From NCBI RefSeq assembly GCF_964194025.1, contig NC_134474.1, forward strand, positions 30,318,001-30,382,000: a stretch of 64,000 bases of DNA. The letters run 5' to 3'. Below are positions 48,950-63,200 of this stretch, piece by piece (positions within the stretch are counted from its first letter, which is position 1; the number at the start of each line of letters is the position of its first letter). Origin of the DNA: Convolutriloba macropyga (Eukaryota). Both the position numbers and the translations under genes were made by a program. The notes under the pieces are model-generated. The model did no database searches and was not told the DNA's origin. It saw nothing but the letters and a program-made list of their open reading frames with translations.

Positions 48950-51900
48950 CGTAATCGGGTTGCTAATTATCAGACAAAATAAACTAATTACTGCGTTCAA
49001 CTACGGCGCTCGCGACAACAGCATAGTAGCTCGTATAATAGCAACAGAAAGTGACTGAACTGCCCTATCGAATGCAATGGAATTACCCACTGACTGATAA
49101 TTTCTGCTTTCAGCTAAGGTTGAAATGCGCATTAAGGCCTCCTTCAGAGTCCTCAACAGCCCGAAACTTCGATTGCCAGAGGGACGAACAAAATTCCTTG
49201 TTGAGCACAGCTATTTTCATACTGAGCATATTTTCGGTCTTCCGCAGCTTCAATTGTATAGTCAGATTTCTCTTCCACAAGAAAAATAATGTTCATTTGC
49301 AGAAAGGAAGTCACTGATATGTCTAGAGCAGCAGATTGGCCAAATTTCCAAGAAGGCAGATAGACGTCTCCGGGGCGTGAGTTGTTTTCCGCAATGAGAT
49401 AGCGTTTTTCAATTACCCGGGGACAAATTAGCTACTGAACAGGCGGAAGCTATAAGGTCGCGAATTCCATTGTGCCTTGAAATTGCATCTCCCCTTCCAT
49501 GGCAGGCAACTGCATGGTCACCAAATGTGTTCAATGTACCTGAACTGCAAAAAGGACATTTTCTTCGAAATCCCGAGCCTGTACATGACACTGACCTGAA
49601 ATTCCTTAGCCGAAAGGTGAAGACCTAGGGCGGGAATTGAAGGCGCAGCAAACCACGCGCCAAATTGAGGCAGCCATAGTGATTGGAGTCTTACTTTTTC
49701 CCAGGTTGACGTTTGATTTCATATTAGGGCAGCAAGTTAATCTGCTTGTGCGAAAATGGGTTGAACGGTTCCAGAGTCTGGTGTAACTCTTTAAAAGTGT
49801 CACTTTCTGAGGGACGCTTAATTTTTATTTTGTTGACCAGGTCGTCTGAGGCTACAATTGCATCCACAAAGGCTCCTTTGTATTGCTCTTGTGACTGTCT
49901 GACGCCTAGTCATGACAAATTGATAGGTAAGGAAGATTGTTTGCATGCGTCATCACCAATAATCGAGCCAAATATTTGATCCAACACTTCTCCTTGGCCG
50001 CCATTGAAACATTTTAATACTTCGAGCATCTCTTTGATGGATTGTTACTTCGTAAAGAGTATACTACTTTTGGTGTTCCCAAACAATGAGCAAAGGTACC
50101 TAATGCACATCGAGGATCGTTGAGTTGATGTAAATTGTCCAGCATAGATAAATTTTTTGAACTCAACTCTTCAAACAAGAAGCGACAAATTCTTTTGAGC
50201 CAACCACAGCGCCTAGAACTTCAAAACCGTTTCTTAAATTCTTCTTTATTGCTTGATCAACGTAGCGTAAATTTTAAATTGACCACAGCTCACATTTGTC
50301 TTTTTTCAAGATTAGACCTCTCTCAGGACGATCGTTAGCCAGGATTCCAAACGTTTGGTTGATCTGATCATCAGACACAGCAATAAACCCACCATCTTGG
50401 TACCAAGGGTGCTGTAACAAACTCGGAACTGAAGTCTTGATCTTCTATATGGTTGGCGATAACGTCAAGGAGAACAATAACGGTCCCAAAGGATCACCCT
50501 GCTGAACACCGAATTCACTTTGATTGATTGCTTTGATATAAAAAATAGTATGTGCTGGGAGTAGCAAAAAACTGTTGAAGGTGGCAATTCGAGGAATAAA
50601 TTCACAAGTCACTTAAATGTGAACGCTTGACTGAGTTAAAAGCTTCTTGGAAATAAATTTGAAGCACACCTTCGTACGACTGAGCACTATCTATGTTATC
50701 GTATGCAGTTTTTGAAGAATGAATGATTGCCTCAGCGCCTCCGCTAAGGCCGACTCCCACTTGCAGACTATCAAACAGCTCAGTTTCTTCTGATTTAGCT
50801 TCACTTGCCAAGCATTTTGCAATGAAGCTCGCAAAACATTTCTGCAACTGCTATCGGACGCAATCAACCTTTCTTTTTGTATAAAGCCGTGAGTGAAGCG
50901 CAGCACAGTGCTTTGGAATTAGAAGCAGGAAAGAGACCCCTGCTACCAAAGTTTACAAACTTTTTTGATCGCTTTCAGAGCAAACTCAGACCGATCAGGT
51001 GCAGTGCAGTCTACTGCGCGCTGAAGATGTTCTGGGAAAACATTCTGGTTTTCCAGAAGGTTTTCCCAGAACTAGGGACCGGCTGCAGTGTGCTTGTTGA
51101 ATGTCTGCAGTTGCTCATGGACTACGTTTTTACTGAATTGGAACGCATTGGATGCTATGTCGTCAGGTATACTGACGCCGCGCAACGGTTCTCTCGAGTG
51201 TAACTTTTCCAGGGCTTTCAATGCAGCTTTGTTACTGGGTGCAAGACCTCCAGAAGCTAAAACTTTAGCAGCTTTGCTCTGACCGTTATTTCTTCAATAC
51301 TGTTCGTTGTCTGTCTTTTTGATGCTTTCATGGAGGCCGCTTCTGACCAAAGCTTCCCACATTCTCCGGCGTTCCAAAGATCAAAACGGTCTGCGAGACG
51401 TTGGTCTTGATTGTAATTTTGTTTTTTGGCTTCTCGGTTACGAGCATGTAGAACCAACGTGCAAAATGCATTGCTCTTTTAAACCGAGAAAAGCTTTTGC
51501 CATTTTGTCTTGTTGTCCGGAACCTCAACATATTCAAGAAGAATACTTGATAGCAATTGAGAACATCTTGCTCTGACTTTGATTGGAACAAATCGACAGA
51601 TTGGCACGTACGAACTCAATGCTGTCAACACCTCGGGCAATTTGTTACTTTGGGACTTTATTGAGAGATCAACACTTTCAAAATTTGAGTTATTCAACTG
51701 ACTGGAATCACAGGAGACCAATAGATTGTCTGTTTTACTTGAGAGGTCTATGTTAATTTTCCGACGGCTGCCCAACTGCTCATTGTTTTTTGAATACGTT
51801 CAAATTGATTTGGAATTGAACCAAGCATCGTGCTCTGACCGCCAATCAAGATATCTTACTTTGGTGTACTGATCGCAGTTTTCTAGTACTTAGAGCTTAT

Positions 51901-52100
51901 CTGCGGTATCTGGCAGAAAAAGAACTGTGCCTGGAGAACGTGAAAAACTCTTTAACACTTACATTTTGCAATTCCTGCGTCAAAACCGTATGCATGTTTT
52001 TCCTGGACTCAGGATTTTGTCGTTCGCTTTGTTTGCCTACTTTTTCGAATTGCAATGCACCACTCTCGTCGAAAACTGTATTTTTTTTACTTGTATTTCT
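48950..52100 (-). mobile_element. Degenerate, near full-length CRE-clade non-LTR retrotransposon (RT, CCHC knuckle, RLE endonuclease)
   Basis: LQVGVGLSGGAEAIIH, FQEAFNSVKR, GVQQGDPLGPLLFSL (about 50470-50510), CPFC...DHAVAC...RHNGIRD, and RPGDVYLPSW...ALDI. Frameshifted; ends approximate. Confidence 0.85.
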
Positions 52101-53127
52101 ATTTCTTCAGTGAAAAAATCTCAGGTTGGGGGAACTAATTTTAGAAAACAACCCCAAGCAACGAGTTTCGACTGACATTATCCTCGGAGTTTTTATAGCT
52201 CATAAAATATCCAACAGTATAAACAATAAACCAACAGTATAAACATCCGCCATCGAGATATTTGGGTCATAATTGTTTTTATTTCGTTCAGATGCTTTAT
52301 GATCCAATTTAATTCAAATTCCGCTACCAATCGGAGCACGCGTTGAATCTTCTGTTTCATATGTGAAACTATGGGTATTCTCATCTAACAACAATTGGAT
52401 TCGTGTTGACCTTATATCCGCTCCTCAGTTTGACCAAGAGCGTAATCATGCGCAAACATGCACTTGAAGTTGAGTTTGATCAAATTGACAGTTACAAAAG
52501 AAAAACTTGCACTGACAGTCACGTCCAATGCAACTGGTTTTCTCGCTCTGAAGGCTGAACCGAGAAAATCTCCCGGACGCCAATTGTTCCGGATATTGAA
52601 ATTTTTTTCTCATCGGCTGAAGATTGGTTCGCTGAGGAGCAAGCGGAGACAATGCCGTCACAGACTTTACCATTTGACAATTGCGTCTCTGCTACCATAA
52701 GAAGAAGTTGTGTGCCCAGCGTTATGGTTGGTAGTTAAAGGGGTTATTTGGCTAGAGTTTTACCGAGTTTTAAAATAACTATGGGAATGTGTTTTAAAAT
52801 ATCTGGCAAGAGTTTTAAATCATATGGGAAGATACGGCAATCTGACTTTGAATATTTCGCAAGGGTGAATGGCAATTCATCTAGGGAACCAATGGTTAAG
52901 ATGGTTGAAAAGAACAACGAGTTAAGATGATTTGAAAATGTTCACATATCTTTGCAGCATCAAACATAGCATATGGCACTCAGTGACGTTCTACATACGT
53001 GATGTTCAGCAGATAATACAGATTGAGTAACAGAAGTTAAAATGTGGGACATTAGATGGAAGCTGTCTGAATTTGTCGAGGAAATACTCGATAACTCTCT
53101 TTCTTATTACTATTTCAAACAACCTAC

Positions 53128-53354
53128 CGCGCGGACTGTGAGACCGAAGCAGACACGCTGATCGACTGTGATTGGCCTGCAGCTTGGTTGACACTTGTGA
53201 CGTCATCGTCCTCATCCTGGTCAAACACCTCAATGCTTGTGTCATCAGTTGCAACTGCATCATCAGGATTTGTGAGTTCCGTTAATGCAGAGGCCGTACT
53301 CTGATTTCGGGTTGGCTCAGTTCCGTCCAATAAGGGCGTCTTTTCGTCTGACAT
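53128..53354 (-). CDS. SLC36A: SLC36-like transporter, exon 1 (acidic cytosolic N-terminus with EKTPLL dileucine motif)
   Basis: ATG at 53354. Donor CG|GTAGGT is phase 2, matching the exon 2 acceptor. The five exons sum to 1752 nt (583 aa plus stop). Confidence 0.7.
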
Positions 53355-53539
53355 TGTTGAGAGTTTCAAAATTGGTAAATTATATTTTTGATCAGGTAGC
53401 CCGTACCGAACTCCAAGTGTTAATCAGTACTGGGCAATTGTAAATGCAAGTCTCCCATGTAATATAATTTGCTCGCTTTCTCGCTTGAAATTTGCTTCTT
53501 TCAAGCGTATTAGAACAGCGCATAAGACATTATTTTAAC

Positions 53540-53612
53540 AGTCACGGTGGCGCAGTAAGAAGGACAAAGACCTAAGGAGATGGAGAGCGTGGGTTCGATC
53601 ACCGTACTCAAC
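53540..53612 (+). mobile_element. tRNA-derived SINE-like head
   Basis: A-box TGGCGCAGTAAG and B-box GGTTCGATCAC at tRNA-like spacing; no full cloverleaf. Confidence 0.5.
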
Positions 53613-54820
53613 TTTATTTTCGCACTTATATTTAGACTTGCCAAGTCTGACAAGTCTTAAATATGTTATGATCTTAGCTCTGAATCAGTACTGATATCTA
53701 GACTTGAAATTAGACTTGCCCAGTACTGATATTGACTTGGTGTTAAGTACGGGAGAAACTTTGAAAAGATCTAAATTACGTCACCAGAATATAAGGAAAT
53801 AAACAATGCGTAACTGAATAAAAAAAGGTTGTGTAACAGTTTAAAGCTTCAAGTTGCTCTTTTCAGTTTGTACGACAAGTGTTCGCGAACCAATAATTCG
53901 CATAACATATATAGTTTATCTGCTACAGCAAGACAACCTTTGTAGCAGATTCCAATTATGAAATCTTTCAATTTTAGGTAGAGCCAATTCTCGGAATATT
54001 AAATCCTGTGAAATATGATCGCGCGTGCATGCAGTGAAATTCACTCGTGAAATGTTACTGCAAAACGAGAACTTAAGTTCAATTTATAAACGACAGAAAT
54101 AAGCCCGTTTTCAGCAATAGAACAGAGCCAAATTGAGCTGGAACTGGTTAGTATCATAATTAACTAAGTAAAATGATTGCCACGCCATGAGATCGATCAT
54201 TGTAATCTTATCTGTGTCATAAGCTTTGATGTTACATATCAAACTATGTCATTATCATAATTAATTTATTCCGATTGTATTAAATATAATCTATATTCGG
54301 GTGTCCAAGTACTATATATTTGAGGTTGCACCCCTACCGAAATTTCCACCGTTGTTTGATAATTTAACCAGGCGGATTTGAGCACTAATTAACCTTGTTT
54401 TGTGGAAAATTTATGATTGAAACTCAATTCAGTTCTATGATAGCGAATTTAATTTCGGGTGTTCTATTTTCTATAGTTTTTATTGTTTTAAAGTCAATTA
54501 ATCTGAACAAAATAGTTCTAGACAATATAGTCCAAATAAAACAGAAAAAAAAACAGTCGCGCTAGCTAAACCGCCTGTTTATGCACGAAAGCACAAAACA
54601 CCAATAATCAAAAAGTTTAACAGATAATTGGAGAATTCGTAATTGGCTTTGGTTAATTAATCATGAACCATAAAAATTTGCGCCAACTGGTAAGAACGGT
54701 AACCAATTTAATTGCCAATTAACTCGTACAAGTAGCCAGTGTTTTTGCATCTATGCTATTTTAATTAAAAATTTGGTTTACAAATCTCATTAGTCACAAA
54801 ATAGCGACTGTGGTTAATAA

Positions 54821-54832
54821 TATCACGTGATA
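54821..54832. promoter_or_regulatory. Candidate CLEAR/E-box (TATCACGTGATA) upstream of the SLC36-like gene
   Basis: Perfect 12-bp palindrome containing TCACGTGA, about 1.5 kb 5' of the ATG. Confidence 0.3.
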
Positions 54833-55018
54833 GTGATGAACGCAAAAAACCATTTATGAAAGATTTGTTGGAATATTTGATCATTTCCAATAAATTGTCT
54901 TACATTTTTCTGATATTGTGAAATGTCTTATAAATTTGGGTATCAAAAACAGTGTCAGAACTTAACAAGAAAACACAATTTTGACAGGACAAAATTCACT
55001 GTTGATGCAGCATATGAA

Positions 55019-55764
55019 CCCAGGTTGAGGTGCCATCCGGAAGTGACCTCTGATCAGACCAAGTCCAACGCACACGGTGTGTTCCCAGACCAAAATTACA
55101 GGGTCTGGGATTTGGTTCGATCGCACAATAGTATGATCAGAGGTCACTTCGGTCTGGGGATGGTATGATCAGAGGTCACTTCGTTCTGGGTATGGTATGA
55201 TCAGAGGTCACTTCGGTCTGGGGATGGTAAGATAAGAGGTCACTTCAGGATGGTAATGGTCTGATCAGAGGTGGATTAAATGGAGAAATATGCACTAATG
55301 TATACTAAATAAATTTTTTCTCAGCAGTTGGGCTTTCTTTTTGTTAGCATTATAACTTTTAGAATGGTCTTTTCTTTAGATGCATTCAATAATGCAAACA
55401 TCATTTTGTATGAAATGAATATATTATAACAAAATTCGTGCGGTGAGGTGATTTCAAGCGTACAATAGTCTGATCAGGTGTGACTTTTGAGCGCACAATC
55501 GTCTGGACGATGGTCTGGGTTTGGTCTGGGCCATGGTCGCACAATCGTCTGGACAATGGTCTGATTTTGGTCTGATCAGAGTTCCTTTCCGCCTGGAAAG
55601 GTCTGATCAGAGAGCGTTTCGAGCGCACTTAGAGCGCACACGGTGTTTCGAGCGCACTTTAGTCTGATCAGAGGATACTTTGGTCTGGGATGGTCTGATC
55701 AGAGGTTACTTTCGTCTGGCACGGTCTGATCAGAGGTCACTTCCGGATGGCACCTCAACCTGGG
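55019..55764. mobile_element. Young CMC/EnSpm-type MITE
   Basis: Perfect 42-bp TIR CCCAGGTTGAGGTGCCATCCGGAAGTGACCTCTGATCAGACC, 2-bp TSD AA, and many subterminal TGATCAGAGG repeats. Confidence 0.92.
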
Positions 55765-56626
55765 AAATGAACAGTCTGAAATGTGGGGAATAATAATAAA
55801 AAGGGCAGCTGAGAACAGGCCGCTGTGGCCTAATGCTGTTCCGCTGCGATTACGCAGGAACTAAGTTATTTGATCTTTACCCGGTTCGGGTTACATTAAA
55901 GATTTCTCAAGTCTTTTATGTTAACCTCACTCCATGAAAAAAGTCATGAAAAGGTAAAAGATGCAATTGAAAGAAAAAAACATAGCAGGACAAGTCCTGA
56001 AGAACAATTCAAAGAATTTTATTGACTAAACAAAAAACTAGACCTAGAACGGTCTAGGATTGCATTGGGAAAACTATTTCTAAAAAAATCAGATAAAAAA
56101 TAATGGCGCATGTGAACAAAAACTCACCAGCGAGAAAAGGGAGGTTGGTTCAAACAAAAAAACTAGGTCTAGAATGAACTGAATGGATTGGCAAAACCAT
56201 TTAGAAAAAAATGCGATCCAAAAAATCGAAAAAACAGTAAATATCAAAGTGATATTGCCCCATATGAACAAAAAATCACTAGCGAGAAAGCGACTTTTTT
56301 TGTTTCCTCTGTCTACTTTTAAAATAGAGCAAAAAAATATGCGAAAAAATTTCACACCGCAAAACCATTCGCTTTTTTGCTCCATTTCCTGATTAGGCGT
56401 CACCAAAATCACTACTCGAATTTGACTTCAAAAATCATGAAAATGTGTGAACAGATCTTAAAAAAACAGCGCCCCAATACATTTCAAATTCTTTGAATTG
56501 TATTACAAACGTCATAGCGCCAACAAACGTACGATTTGATAAAGTTAGTTCACTCAAAAGTATCAGTACCTGGGCACATGTTTTAAGATTAGAGTTGCAT
56601 TCATGCGCGAACAATAGTGAGAGAAA

Positions 56627-57200
56627 TTATTGTCCCGACCCCACTTGTGTGGGGAGGAACTACATACTCAAATGGGTTTTTTTGTTAAACAATTTTGCCC
56701 GAGTGATATATTCATCGTCGAGAAATGTGAGTGGTATCATTATAAAGCTCGTCCAGAGTAGATTTCAAAATTAAAAAGATTTTTTTCGTATTTCGTGTTT
56801 TTTCGAGGAATTATCGAGGTTTAAAGTTTTGTGGGAACAAGTAATAATTAATTGTTTTTGTTCACTTTTATTGTAATTTTTGTTCAAATTAAGGCTTTTC
56901 GAGGTTTTTAAGGTTTTTTTAGAAAACTTTTATTTATTTATTATTATTGTTGTTGTTTTTTTAGTCACTTAGAGACTAGTTGTTTTAATGTCGAGGTTCC
57001 GTTAATGACAATCATCGTTTACAGTCTAATGATACCCAATGAACAAAAAATGCGTTTTCAGGGAATCACTCATGTTTTGTTTTTTGTCTTCGACTCACGA
57101 GTTTTCGAACTTTTTAATGAAGTTTTGATTTTCTTTTTGAGATGTTACTAGTTTTTGTGAGTTCTATGGCATAAACTTGCTAATTAAAATTGCAATCGGT
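56627..57200 (+). mobile_element. 5' end of a HINE-like element of the same family as 11795-14472; 3' end not in the window
   Basis: TTGTCCCGACCCC...GGGGAGGAACTACATACTCAA...GGTATCATTATAAAGCTCGTCCAG is the reverse complement of about 14270-14470. Confidence 0.75.
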
Positions 57201-60200
57201 TTTCCAATGAGCTTTAGGTAAACCTATATAGTGCTTTGAGTGGTCAGCTAATGGCTGTCAAGATTTAATGAAGATTCAAAATTTTTTTTGAACATTAACC
57301 GATAATAAATTTATTTTGATGAACATTAAGTCACTCCCAGTAAAGACAGGACACCTTTTCTTTTTACTGCAACCAAAACTATTCTGGTAAGTGGTTTTAT
57401 CTTCTAACTATTGGTCTTATGACTTCCATGCCATGAGTTTTCATAATTTTTTAAAAAGATATTTGGATATTTTTTGTAATTTTGGTTCCTTTTGAAATCA
57501 TATCTCTTTATCCTAATATTGATAGTTCTGATTGGCCAACAGAGAACGTCCAACGGAACAAAATTTTTAGAATTTTTTTTGACATAAACAAATCTTAAAC
57601 ATATTTTCGTGAACTGTAAGTCAGTCTCAAAATGACAGAACCTTGTTTTGTTCTACTGCAACTAAAATGAATTTGGCTAGCAGTTTGATCATCTATCTAT
57701 TGGTCTATGACTTCGATGCCACGAGTTTTTATATATATTTTTTAATTTTCCTCTTTTTTGTAATTTTGGTTCTCTTTGAAATTTTATCACATTATCCTAA
57801 TATTGGTAGTTCTCAGTGGCTTAGAGACGGCGTTCGAAGAATTATAGATAAAGTTGTCAGCGAAAAGTTTATGGCTTAAATGGCTTCGACACTTTCTTGC
57901 ATTTCTCTATTAAAATTTTGGGTATTTGCCTGCTTTTGTTATTTTCATAACCATAAGACTTATTGTGATGTCTTATTGATAACTCTAAGATATCATCCTT
58001 TTCTCCTTCAAACATCCTTTTCTCCTTTTCGAGAAATATGTTTGCGTATTTATTGACTTCCGTTGAGAGCTATTAAACATAGTGGCTGTTAAGACTTTAA
58101 AAAAAACTTTTTGACACTAACCATTATTTAACTTTTTTTCATGAACTAAAATTCAGTCTAAGTAATGACACGACACTCATCCCTATGACTCTAACCAAAA
58201 TAAGTCTGGTAAGCGCTGTTATCTCCTAACTATTGGTTTTTTGAATTCAATGCCACAAATTTTAGAAGTTAAAATGTTTGTAATTTTGGTTCGTTTTGAA
58301 ATTTTATCCCATTATCCTAATATTGATAGTCCTATCTGGCTTATGAAAGACGTCAAACGGTACCAAGACAAAGTTTTCAGAGAAAAGCTAATGGTTTAAA
58401 TGTCTTCGACACTTTCTTCTCGCACTTTTCTACTGAGTTTTTAGTTTTTGCATGTATTTGTTGTTGTTTTCATAATCACAGGACTTATTGTGATGTCCTA
58501 TTGATGACATTTTGATAACAAACATCTTTTTCTTCTCATCGAGGCATAGCGTAGTGTATTTTTTGACTTCTGTTGAAAGATCTTGAATTTAATGATTGTT
58601 AATACTTCAAAAATAATTTTTGAGAATTTTTTTGATATAAACAATCTTAAAATTATTTTCGTGAACTGTAATTCAATCTCAAAAATGAGGACACCTCTTT
58701 CTTTTGTACTGTAATTAGAATTAATCTGGCTAGGAGTTTGATCATCTAACATTTTGTTTTATGGCTTCGATGCCGCGAGTTCTCATCTTTTCTTTAATTT
58801 TTGTTGTTTTTTATAAATTTTGGTTCCCTATGGAATTTTATCACATTATCCTAATATTGGTAGTTCTCAGCGTCCTAGAGAAGGCGCTCAAAGGATCATA
58901 TACAAAGATTTCAGAGAAAAGTTTATGGTTTAAATGGCTTTGACACTTTCTCCCACTTTTCTAATCAGTTTTTTTGTTTTTGCTTGTATTTGTTGTTGTT
59001 TAGATAACCATAATACTTATTGTGATGTCTTATTGACGACAATTTGATTACAAACATCTTTTTCTTCCCATCGAGGCATAGCGCAGTGTATTTTTTGACT
59101 TCCGATGAAAGATCTTGAACTTAATGATTGTTAAAACTTTAAAAATGTTTTTTTTAAGAATTTTTTTGACATTAACCAATCTTAAACTTATTTTCATGAG
59201 CTGTAAGTCAATCTCAAAAAATTCAGGACCTCTTTTTTTCTACTGTATTTGAAATGAATCTGGCTAGCAGTTTGATCATCTAACATTTGGATTTATGGGG
59301 CTTTTTTTTGTAGTTTTGGTTCCCTTTGGAATTTATCACATTATCTTAATATTGGTAGTTCTCAGTGTCTTAGAGAAGGCGCTCAAAAGATGATAGATAA
59401 AGATTTCAGAGAAACGTTTATGGTTTAAATATCTTCGACACTTTCTTCTCGCACATTTCTATTGAATTTCTGGGTTTTGCATGTATTTGTTGTTGTTTTC
59501 ATAACCATAAGACATATTGTAATGTCCTATTGCAAACTTTACGATGACAAACATTCTTATCTTTTTTCGAGGCATAAGTTTGCATTTTTATTGACTTCCG
59601 TTGAGAGCTATTAAACTTAGTGGCTGTTAAGACTTTAAAAAATTTCTTTAACACTAACTCTTATTTAACTTTTTTTTCATGAACTAAAAGTCAGTCTCAG
59701 TAATGGCAGGACACTCATCCTTATACCTGTAAGCGAAATAAGTCTGGTAAGCGCTTTTATCTGCTAATTATTGGTTTTATGACTTCAATGCCACGAGTAT
59801 TCAATGTTTTCAAAAATTTTTTTTAATGTTTTGTTTGTAATTTTGTTTCCCTTAGAAATCTTATCTCATTATCCTAAAATTGATAGTTCCAATTGGCTTT
59901 TAGAAGAGGTCCAACGGCACCTAGATAAAGTTGTCAGAGAAACGCTAATTGTTTAAATGTCTTCGACACCTTCTTCTTGCACTTTTCTACCGAGTTTTTG
60001 GATTTTTATGTATTTGTCGTTGTTTTCATAGTCATAGGACTTATTGTGATGTCTTCTTGATCACCTTTTGATGACAAACATCTTTTTCTTCCCATAGAGG
60101 CACAGCGTAGTGTATATTTTGACTTCCATTGGAAGATCTTGAATTTAGTGACTGTTAATACCTTAAAAATAAATTTTTTAGAATTTTTTTGACATTATCC

Positions 60201-63200
60201 AATTTTAAGCTTATTGTCGTGAACTGTTAGTCAATCTCCAAAAAGGACAGGACCTCGTTCGTTTCTAGAGTAGTTAAAGTGAATATGGCTAGCATTTTGA
60301 TAATCTAAAATTTGGTTTTATGGCTTCCATGCCACGAGTTTTTATATTTTTTTAAATTATTGTTTATTTTTGTAATTTTGGTTCCCTTCGAATTTTAGCA
60401 CATTATCTTTATAGTATCCTAATATTGGTAGTTCTCAGCGTCTTGTAGGAGGCGCTCAAAGGATCAGATATAAAGATTTCAGAGAAAAGTTTATGGTTGA
60501 AATGGCTCTGACACTTTCTCGCACTTTTCTACTGAGTTTTTTGGTTTTTGCATGTACTTCTTGTTGTTTTCATAACCATAATACTTATTGTGATGTATTA
60601 TTGATGATAAACATTTTTTTTCCTCCCATCGAGGCGTAGCGCAGTTTATTTTTTGTCTTCCGATGAAAGATATTGAAATTAACGAGTGTTCATAATTTAA
60701 AAATAATTTTTTAAGAACTTATTTGACATTAACGAATCTTAAACCTATCTTTGTTAGCTGTAAGTCAATCTCAAAAAATTCAGGAACTCGTTTTTTTCTA
60801 CTGTAATTGAAATAAATCTGGCTAGCAGTTTGATCATCTAACATTTGGTTTTGTGGCTTCGATGCCACGAGTTTTCATTCTTTTTATTTTTGGTTTTTTT
60901 TCGTAATTTTGGATTCCTTTGGAATTTTATCACATTATCTTAATATTGGTAGTTCTTAATGTCTTAGAGAAGGCTTTCAAAGGATCAGAGATAAAGATTT
61001 CAGAGAAAAGTTTATGGTTTAAATGGTTCTGACACTTTCTCGCACTTTTCTACTGAGTTTTTTTGGTTTTTGCATGTTTTTCTTGTTGTTTTCATAACCA
61101 TAATACTTATTGTGATGTCTTATTGATCACATTTTGATGACAAACATCTTTTTCTTCCCATCGAGGCATAACGCTGTGTATTTTTTTACTTCCGTTGAAT
61201 GATGTTGAATTTAGTGATTGTTAATACTTCAAAAAAATTTTTTTTACAATTTTTTTGACATTAACCAATCTTAAGTTTCTTTTCGTGAACTGTAAGTCAA
61301 TCTCAAAAATGACATGACCTCGTTCTTTTCTAAAGCAGTTAAAATGAATCTGGCTAGCAGTTTGATAATCTAAAATTTGGTTTTATGGCTTCCATGCCAC
61401 GAGTTTTTATATTTTTTTAAATTATTGTTTATTTTTGTAATTTTGGTTCCCTTCGAATTTTAGCACATTATCTTTATAGTATCCTAATATTGGTAGTTCT
61501 CAGCGTCCTGTAGGAGGCGCTCAAAGGATCAGATATAAAGATTTCAGAGAAAAATTTATGGTTGAAATGGCTCTGACACTTTCTCGCACTTTTCTATTGG
61601 GTTTTTTGGTTTTTTTTAATGTATTTCTTGTTGTTTTCATAACAATAATACTTATTGTGATGTCTTAGTGGTGACAAACATTTTTTTCCTCCCATCGAGG
61701 CATAGCGCAAATTATTTTTCGACTTCCGATGAAAGATATTGAATTTAATGATTGTTCATACCTTAAACGAACTTTTTAAGAATTTTTTTGACATTAACCA
61801 ATCTTAAACTTATTTTCGTGAGCTGTAAGTCAATCTCAAAAAATTCAGGACCTCTTTTTTTTCTACTGTATTTGAAATGAATCTGGCTAGCAGTTTGATC
61901 ATCTAAGATTAACATTTGGTTTTATGGCTTCGATGCCACGAGTTTTCATACTTTTATTCAATTTTTGATTTTTTTTCTTCGTAATTTTGGTTTGCTTTGG
62001 AATTTTATCACATTATCTTAATATTGGTAGTTCTCAGTGTCTTAGAGAAGGCTTTCAAGGGATCAGAGATAAAGATTTCAGAGAAAAGTTTATGGTTTAT
62101 ACGGCTTTGACACTTTCTCTTACTTTTCTACTGAGTTTTTTGGTTTCTGCATGTATTTCTTGTTGTTTTCATAACCATAATACTTATTGTGATGTTTTTT
62201 TGATGACAAACATCATTTTCGTCCCATCGAGGCATAACGTAGTGTATTTTTTCACTTCCGCTGAAAGATCTTGAATTTAGTGATTGTTAATACTTTAAAA
62301 ATAATTTTTTTAGAATTTTTTTGACATTAACCAATCTTAAACTTATTTTCTTGAACTGTAAGTCAATCTCAAAAATGACAAGACCTCGTTCTTTTCTACA
62401 GTAGTTAAAATGAATCTGGCTAGCAGTTTGATAATCTAAAATTTTGTTTTATGGCTTCGACGCCACGAGTTTTCATATTTTTTTAATTATTGTTTTTTTT
62501 GTAATTTTGGGTCCCTTGGAATTTTGTCGCATTATCCCAATATTGGTAGTTCTCAGCGTCCTATAGAAGGCGCTCAAAGGATCAGATATAAAGATTTCAG
62601 AGAAAAGTTTATGGTTGAAATGGCTTTGACACTTTCTTGCACTTTTCTACTGAGTTTTTTGGTTTCTGCATGTATTTCTTGTTGTTTTCATAATCATAAT
62701 ACTTATTGTGATGTTTTATTGATGACAAACATCTTTTTCTTCCCATTGAGGCATAACGCTGTGTATTGTTTTACTTCCGTTGAATGATGTTGAAATTAGT
62801 GATTGTTAATACTTCAAAAATATTTTTTTTAGAATTTTTTTGACATTAACCAATCTTAAGTTTCTTTTCGTGAACTGTGAGTCAATCTCAAAAATGACAT
62901 GACCTCGTTCTTTTCTAAAGTAGTTAAAATGAATCTGGCTAGCAGTTTGATCATCTAATATTTGGTTTTATGGCTTCGAAGCCACGAGTTTTCATCTATT
63001 TTTTTAATTTTTGTTTTTTTTTTCGTAATTTTGGTTTCCTTTGGAATTTTCTCACATTATCTTTATATTGGCAGTTCTCAGTGTCTTAGAGAAGGCGCTC
63101 AAAGGTTCAGATATAAAGATTTCAGCGAAACGTTTATGGTTGAAATGGCTTTGACACTTTCTTGCACTTTTCTACTGAGTTTTTTGGTTTCTGCATGTAT

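Noticed and set aside
55040-55745. Regularly spaced TGATCAGAGG repeats as CRISPR or iterons
   Set aside because: They are subterminal repeats inside a TIR- and TSD-bounded CMC MITE.
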